Part shown: piece after piece, positions 27,287 to 32,000 of the stretch
Layout: every line of letters begins with the position of its first letter
Position numbering within the stretch: position 1 is the stretch's first letter
Position numbers and translations under genes: made by a program
Notes under the pieces: generated by a model
Told to the model about the DNA's origin: nothing
The model's database searches: none
What the model saw: only the letters and a program-made list of their open reading frames with translations
Source of the DNA: Okeania sp.
Lineage (GTDB): Bacteria > Cyanobacteriota > Cyanobacteriia > Cyanobacteriales > Microcoleaceae
DNA: 32,000 bases
Direction of reading: 5' to 3'
Assembly: GCF_035285525.1 (NCBI RefSeq)
Contig: NZ_JAYKGW010000018.1
Coordinates: 67,214-99,213, forward strand

Positions 27287-29068
27287 ATGCCAACTATCGA
27301 ATCTCAAGACATGACTTTAGAAAAGTTATTTGATGAATTTTATGTTATTCCTGACTATCAACGGGAGTATGTTTGGGAAGCAAAAGAGGTAAATGAATTT
27401 ATTCAAGACATTTATGAAGAATTTTCTGAACAAACTCAAAACACCTATTCTGAGTATTTTATTGGCAGTATAATAGTTTGTAGTCGTGGGGAAAAATTTT
27501 ATGAAGTAATTGATGGACAGCAACGGATGACTACTGCTTATTTAGTTCTTTGTGCAATTCGAGATTATTTATTAACTATTAATCCTTATGAACGCATTGA
27601 AGCATTAAAAAATAAGATTGCTGCTTTGTATACCGATAACTGGGGTAACGATCAGTTTCGACATAGAGTAGAACTGCAATATGAGGAAAGTCGAGGAATA
27701 TTAGAAAATATTGCTCTACAAGTAGAGTTGGAAATGCTCTCTCCTACTCGTTCTGTGAAAAATATTCAGAATGCTTATGTTGAAATTAGGAATTTTCTTT
27801 TTGACAAGTTTGAAATAGATAAATTTACTGTTTCTAATCTGAAAAAATTTTACGCATATTTTCTCAAAAATGTTAAATTAATTCGAGTGAAAACAGCTAG
27901 TGTTTCCCATGCTTTGAAAATCTATTCGACTCTAAATCATCGTGGTTTACCTCTAGATGATATGGATTTATTGAAAAATCTAATTTTTGCTAAAGCCAAA
28001 CAAACAAATTATGACAAAATTAAAGATAAATGGAAAAAAATTATAGATTTGCTCTATGATTCTCAAGAAAAACCAATGCGTTTTTTGCGTTATTTTATCT
28101 TAGCTAAATATGCAGAAGATGGAAATTATATTTCTGAAAAAGAAGTTTATGATTGGTTTCTGAATAATGAATCTTTATGCGGATATAAAACAGAACCAAT
28201 TCGATTTGTGAATAGTTTACTTACCTCAGCTCAAGCTTATGTAGAATTTTTAGCAGGTAATAATATTGATGGAAGTGTTAATCGTTATTTGGTAAATATT
28301 CGTAATTTAAGTGTAAATGTAAGACAACATTTAATTTTACTTTTAGCTGTGAATAAATTGCCTCAAAATTGTTTTATTGAGTTATGTAGACAAGTAGAAA
28401 ATTTATTATTTTTGGCAATGTTGACTAGCGATCGCAATCAAAAAGCATTTGATGGAATGATTCTGAAATGGGCAAGTGAATTGCGTCAAGTTATTACAGA
28501 AGAAGATTTTAATCGGTTTATAAAGAACCATATTATTCCTAATAAACAGCGAGTAGCAGAGAAATTTGAGCAAGCATTTTATAAACTAAATAAATCATCA
28601 TTCCAGCTCTATAAAATTAAATATATTTTGGCAAAATTAACACAATATATTGATGAAAATGCTTGGGGAAGTGGAGGGGGAATTAATGATTTAAGAAATT
28701 ATATTTTCAAACTAGAATTAGAAGAAATTTTGCCAGAAGTTCCAACAAAAGAAATAGCTACAGAATTTGATAAACCCAAGGAAATAGAAAGTTATAGTAA
28801 ACGTTTAGGAAATCTAACTTTATTAGAAAGTTCGATTAAATCTGCTATTTATAATGCTAGTTTTACCGAGAAAAAATCAGGCTATACAAAGTCAAGATTT
28901 TTGTTAACTAGAACTATTGCTGAAGAAATTTCGGTTGGGGAAAATACAAGTATAGATTTAGCAGTAGAAAATTTAAAGACATTTGAAAAATGGGATTCTC
29001 AAACAATAGAAACTCGTCAGAAAATGTTGACCAAATTAGCTAAAAAAGTTTGGGATGTTCCTGAGTAG
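27287..29068 (+). CDS. GmrSD-like protein (N-terminal DUF262/ParB-like NTPase + C-terminal DUF1524-like region)
   Basis: 593 aa. 'IPDYQREYVW', 'FIGSIIV' and 'VIDGQQRMTT' are the DUF262 signatures. The C-terminal 'RLGNLTLLESSIKSAIYNASFTEKK' is the DUF1524 GNLxLL block. GC is very low (three 60-nt spot counts gave 22-27%). Confidence 0.85.
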   Translation: MPTIESQDMTLEKLFDEFYVIPDYQREYVWEAKEVNEFIQDIYEEFSEQTQNTYSEYFIGSIIVCSRGEKFYEVIDGQQRMTTAYLVLCAIRDYLLTINPYERIEALKNKIAALYTDNWGNDQFRHRVELQYEESRGILENIALQVELEMLSPTRSVKNIQNAYVEIRNFLFDKFEIDKFTVSNLKKFYAYFLKNVKLIRVKTASVSHALKIYSTLNHRGLPLDDMDLLKNLIFAKAKQTNYDKIKDKWKKIIDLLYDSQEKPMRFLRYFILAKYAEDGNYISEKEVYDWFLNNESLCGYKTEPIRFVNSLLTSAQAYVEFLAGNNIDGSVNRYLVNIRNLSVNVRQHLILLLAVNKLPQNCFIELCRQVENLLFLAMLTSDRNQKAFDGMILKWASELRQVITEEDFNRFIKNHIIPNKQRVAEKFEQAFYKLNKSSFQLYKIKYILAKLTQYIDENAWGSGGGINDLRNYIFKLELEEILPEVPTKEIATEFDKPKEIESYSKRLGNLTLLESSIKSAIYNASFTEKKSGYTKSRFLLTRTIAEEISVGENTSIDLAVENLKTFEKWDSQTIETRQKMLTKLAKKVWDVPE

Positions 29069-29214
29069 TTGATTGTTTCATCTTGTAGCGGTTTTCATTA
29101 CGGTTCCCGATAAATCAGTAAACCACAGTAGGGACGTTCCATAAGGGGGTTCCTACAATATTTTGGTTATGACGATGTGGTTCATCGAGAGTGAAAACCG
29201 CTGTAAATAGTACA

Positions 29215-29301
29215 GGACTTACGCAAAGGTACTATACATAGATTTAAAAAACTATTGTACAATAGTTTTAAGCACCATATCTAGGGTTGCTGCGTAAGTC
29301 C
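29215..29301. mobile_element. 87-bp MITE with perfect 11-bp termini GGACTTACGCA / TGCGTAAGTCC
   Basis: The termini are read directly, and the match extends to ACAGGACTTACGCA. The interior 'ttttaagcaccatatctagggttgctgcgtaagtcctg' recurs at 11478-11516. Confidence 0.8.
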
Positions 29302-29363
29302 TGTATTACATTACTTTTTGGTTGTGGCTAGACAAGGAAGACAATCTGTAAGCATTCAGACGT

Positions 29364-29391
29364 CAGCTATCAGCTATCAGCTATCAGCTAT
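29364..29391. repeat. STRR-like heptamer repeat (CAGCTAT x4)
   Basis: Read directly. Related 'gtaagcattcag...cagctat...gctttt' units occur at 4572-4616 and, inverted, at 5125-5162. Confidence 0.9.
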
Positions 29392-29549
29392 TGCTTTTAT
29401 AGCGCTGTACGCAGGAAACAGGGAGAATGAATCGCCGATAATATAAGGCTTTTAGCTATTGGACAGCTCCTGCAATTTGTAAATATACCAGCGCTCATTG
29501 CTATAGCTATCCTGCTTCTAATAGGGGCGCATTTCGTCCTAAGTTAACA

Positions 29550-29639
29550 GGACTAAAGCCATGAGGTAAGAAGAACAGGGGTTTGAGATTGCTTCCTGTT
29601 GTCGTATCGGACAAAAATACGTTGCAGTTGCGTAAGTCC
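29550..29639. mobile_element. 90-bp internally deleted member of the 22065-22194 MITE family (opposite orientation)
   Basis: 'ggactaaagccatgaggtaagaagaacaggggtttgagattgc...gttgcagttgcgtaagtcc' aligns to both ends of the reverse complement of 22065-22194. Confidence 0.75.
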
Positions 29640-29734
29640 TAAGTTAATTTAAGGTTAAAGAAAAGTCAGATTGATAAAGAATGTGTTATGCTCGATAATA
29701 AACTTCTAATAATATAGAAAATGGCAGGAAGGAT

Positions 29735-30445
29735 ATGAAAAAAGTTCTCTACTGGGTCATGGGCGAAAAAGCAGGAAGGGCGATCGTCGGCAGTTGGAAT
29801 TGGCTATGGGGCATTCCTACTGAGTCTGGCGGTCGAGTTTCAGTAGAAGTTGCAGAAGAATCTATACGTTCTATGCAAGAATCAGTCCAAAAGCTAGCAA
29901 CTGCCGTTGCTACTCAAGTTAGTGCTTATGAACGGGCTAAACAAAAATATGAGGCCAAGGTCAAGGAGATGCAGGGTTTTGAGCAGCAAGCAATGATGGC
30001 TCAAGGCAAAGGTAACGAAGAAGCTGCCCGTCTGGCAATGACTAAGGTCATTCAAACAGAACAAATTTTACCCCAGTTAGAAGCACAAGTTTTGCAGGCA
30101 GAAAAGTATGTCGAAGTTTCTAAAGATAAGCTCAAACGAGAGCGACAAAAGCTGGAAGAATATAAGACAGATCTGAGTAATATGAAAGATATGCAGGAAA
30201 TTAATAAAGCTTTGGGAGAGATGAGCAAAGTTAATAACGATTTGAATATTGATTCTGCCCGCTCTCAGTTTGAGCAAGCTAAAAATGCTTTGGAGCGTCG
30301 GAACCTGCAACAAAATAGTTTGGCAGAACTTTCAGAAGACCCTACAGAAAAACTAAAAGCAGATTTGGATAATATGGTTGTAGATGATGAAGTGAGTCGT
30401 CGTCTACAAATGATGAATGATTCTCAAAAATTACCACGAGAATAA
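29735..30445 (+). CDS. PspA/IM30 (ESCRT-III-like) family protein with atypical Trp-rich N-terminus
   Basis: 236 aa with AGGAAGGA upstream of the ATG. It has a long heptad-rich helical body ('SIRSMQESVQKLATAVATQVSAYERAKQKYEAKVKEMQGFEQQAMMAQGKGNEEAARLAM...') like PspA/Vipp1. The N-terminus 'VLYWVMGEKAGRAIVGSWNWLWG' differs from the canonical PspA helix alpha-0. Confidence 0.75.
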   Translation: MKKVLYWVMGEKAGRAIVGSWNWLWGIPTESGGRVSVEVAEESIRSMQESVQKLATAVATQVSAYERAKQKYEAKVKEMQGFEQQAMMAQGKGNEEAARLAMTKVIQTEQILPQLEAQVLQAEKYVEVSKDKLKRERQKLEEYKTDLSNMKDMQEINKALGEMSKVNNDLNIDSARSQFEQAKNALERRNLQQNSLAELSEDPTEKLKADLDNMVVDDEVSRRLQMMNDSQKLPRE

Positions 30446-30556
30446 TATTTGAGTTGAGCAGTTGAGGATAGGTGTATAAGTTGGAAAACTATAGCACTAT
30501 AGTTTTGGAATCCCATATCATTATATGTAATATCTTACCGTAAGTCCTAAAGGAAG

Positions 30557-30734
30557 AAAATAAATAGGACTTACCTCGGAGGAACCCAGAAACCCGGTTT
30601 CTCCGAGAAACCGGGTTTCTTTGTCAGAACTAAAGCCATGAGGAACGCAATGTCAACTTTGAGATGAAAATAAACAGGACTTACCTCGGAGGAACCTAGA
30701 AACCAGGTTTCCTTGAGAAACCTGGTTTCTTTGT
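30557..30734. repeat. two 68-bp hairpin-containing units (30557-30624 and 30667-30734) separated by a MITE-end fragment
   Basis: Unit A: 'aaaataaataggacttacctcggaggaacccagaaacccggtttctccgagaaaccgggtttctttgt'. Unit B differs at 7 positions. The AGAAACC(C/G)GGTTTCT palindrome family also occurs at 975-1045, 16135-16175, 16228-16262 and 18962-19000. Confidence 0.85.
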
Positions 30735-30803
30735 ATAAGTCCTAAAATGAAACAATCAAACGATCGCTAATTATACAGAAAAAAAAATAAGGAGGAAAAA
30801 TTT

Positions 30804-31730
30804 ATGGCTAAACGTAGCGGACCACCACCAATTGTATTTATCCTAGCATTTTTGCTCATCGCAGGTGGAGGTTATTGGTTCTGGAAAAATAAGCAGTCAG
30901 GACAAACAGCTAATAACACTCAGCCAGCAGAAACTCAAACCACAACCCAGTCAGCAGAAACTCAAACCACCACAACAACTACCACCAATGCTTTTACCTT
31001 ACCAACTAATGTTCCCAGCGGTACGGTAGTTCGGGTAGATGGTTCTACAAGCATGGTGACGATCAACCAAAACCTCAAAGCTGGTTTCGAGAAACAGTTC
31101 CCCAATACTACTGTTGCTACTAGCGCTAGAGGTTCCGGTGCAGGAATTAAAGATTTGTTAGCGGGTAATTTGGATGTCGCAGCTTCCTCCCGTCCTCTGA
31201 CTGCGGAAGAGCAAGGTCAAGGTTTGGAAGCAGTACCTGTGGCTCTGGATAAAATTGCAATTGTGGTAGGAATTAATAATCCTTTTAATGGCAGTTTGAC
31301 TCCCAACCAAGTGAAGGCTATTTTTCAAGGGCAAATTACTAATTGGTCTGATGTGGGGGGTCCTAATGCTCAGATTCGGGTAATTAACCGACCTACTGTC
31401 AGTGGTACTCATCAATCTTTTCAAGAAATGGTGTTAAATGGGGAGAGTTTTGGCAATAGTGCTAATATCACCACATTAGAGAGAGATGCAACGACTCCCT
31501 TGTTGAGAGCTTTGGAAAATGATGGCATTGGTTATGCTACTTTTGCTCAAGTGCAAAATCAACAAACAGTGCGCTCGCTTCCTATCAACAGTTTGAACCC
31601 TGATTCTGCAACTTATCCGTTGAGTCGTCAGTTATTTTATGTTTATAAAAATCCTCCGACTCAAGCAGCTAAAGATTTCTTAGGTTATGCTACTTCCAGT
31701 CAAGGGCAAGAAGCAGTTTTTGAGGACTAG
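30804..31730 (+). CDS. PstS-family (PBP-like-2) phosphate-binding-type periplasmic protein with N-terminal membrane anchor
   Basis: 308 aa with a strong AAGGAGG upstream. 'VDGSTSMVTINQNLKAGFEKQFPNTTV..GSGAGIKDLLAGNLDVAASSRPLT..E' and 'NWSDVGG...I.VINRPTVSGTHQSFQEMVL' match the PstS/PBP_like_2 pattern. The N-terminal TM segment is 'PPIVFILAFLLIAGGGYWFW', followed by the Thr/Gln-rich duplicated linker 'AETQTTTQSAETQTTTTTTT'. Confidence 0.85.
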   Translation: MAKRSGPPPIVFILAFLLIAGGGYWFWKNKQSGQTANNTQPAETQTTTQSAETQTTTTTTTNAFTLPTNVPSGTVVRVDGSTSMVTINQNLKAGFEKQFPNTTVATSARGSGAGIKDLLAGNLDVAASSRPLTAEEQGQGLEAVPVALDKIAIVVGINNPFNGSLTPNQVKAIFQGQITNWSDVGGPNAQIRVINRPTVSGTHQSFQEMVLNGESFGNSANITTLERDATTPLLRALENDGIGYATFAQVQNQQTVRSLPINSLNPDSATYPLSRQLFYVYKNPPTQAAKDFLGYATSSQGQEAVFED

Positions 31731-32000
31731 GCAGTGACAGGGGTGAACTGACACAACTAAAAACTTAGTAGAGCGACACATCTATTTTAGCTGTGTCGGC
31801 TTACTACTATTGCAGCATTTAATCTGTGTAGTCTAGTAGTTTAAGCGATCGCTATTCCCAACCTTACTATTGTGCAATAGTTTAGTAGGGTGGTTACTTA
31901 CGACTTAAATCCAGACTATGAAATGGATTTGGTAATTCGTAAGTCGGCACCATTATGTGTTATTCCATCACTATAGTACATCTGATTCTTACGGTGCGTT

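Overview
No homology search, HMM scan or folding program was run. All protein calls come from reading motifs in the supplied translations, and all repeat calls come from aligning the sequence by eye.

The window is an AT-rich chromosomal segment that looks cyanobacterial, most likely from a heterocyst-forming Nostocales-type genome. This is an inference from four observations:
- I counted at least 15 exact GCGATCGC (HIP1) palindromes by eye (for example 553-560, 3053-3060, 15593-15600), where well under one is expected by chance at this base composition.
- There are many STRR-like tandem repeats with 7-9 nt units.
- One Ser/Thr kinase has a 4-Cys prefix and pentapeptide repeats.
- Intergenic spaces are saturated with small palindromic and MITE-like elements.

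I support 17 protein-coding genes and one pseudogene remnant.
- Housekeeping-type genes: pheT, prs, a GatB/YqeY-domain gene, a PspA/IM30-like gene and a PstS-family binding protein.
- Signalling genes: two Ser/Thr kinases and a 1399-aa hybrid histidine kinase.
- Accessory-looking genes: a single-HKD PLD-superfamily nuclease-like protein, a GmrSD-like DUF262+DUF1524 protein, and a small low-GC hypothetical gene inside an inverted-repeat-bounded cassette.

I saw no rRNA, tRNA, CRISPR array, cas gene, intact transposase or integrase.

The candidates most worth a second look are:
1. The orphan 611-aa HKD nuclease-like gene (16557-18392), which has an unusual architecture and repeat-laden flanks.
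2. The very low-GC GmrSD-like gene (27287-29068), whose His-Me-finger residues appear substituted.
3. A 142-bp inverted-repeat pair with 6 mismatches that bounds a 1.67-kb cassette (4321-5990).

None of these is demonstrated to be a new system. I found no multi-gene operon that clearly encodes an undescribed system.
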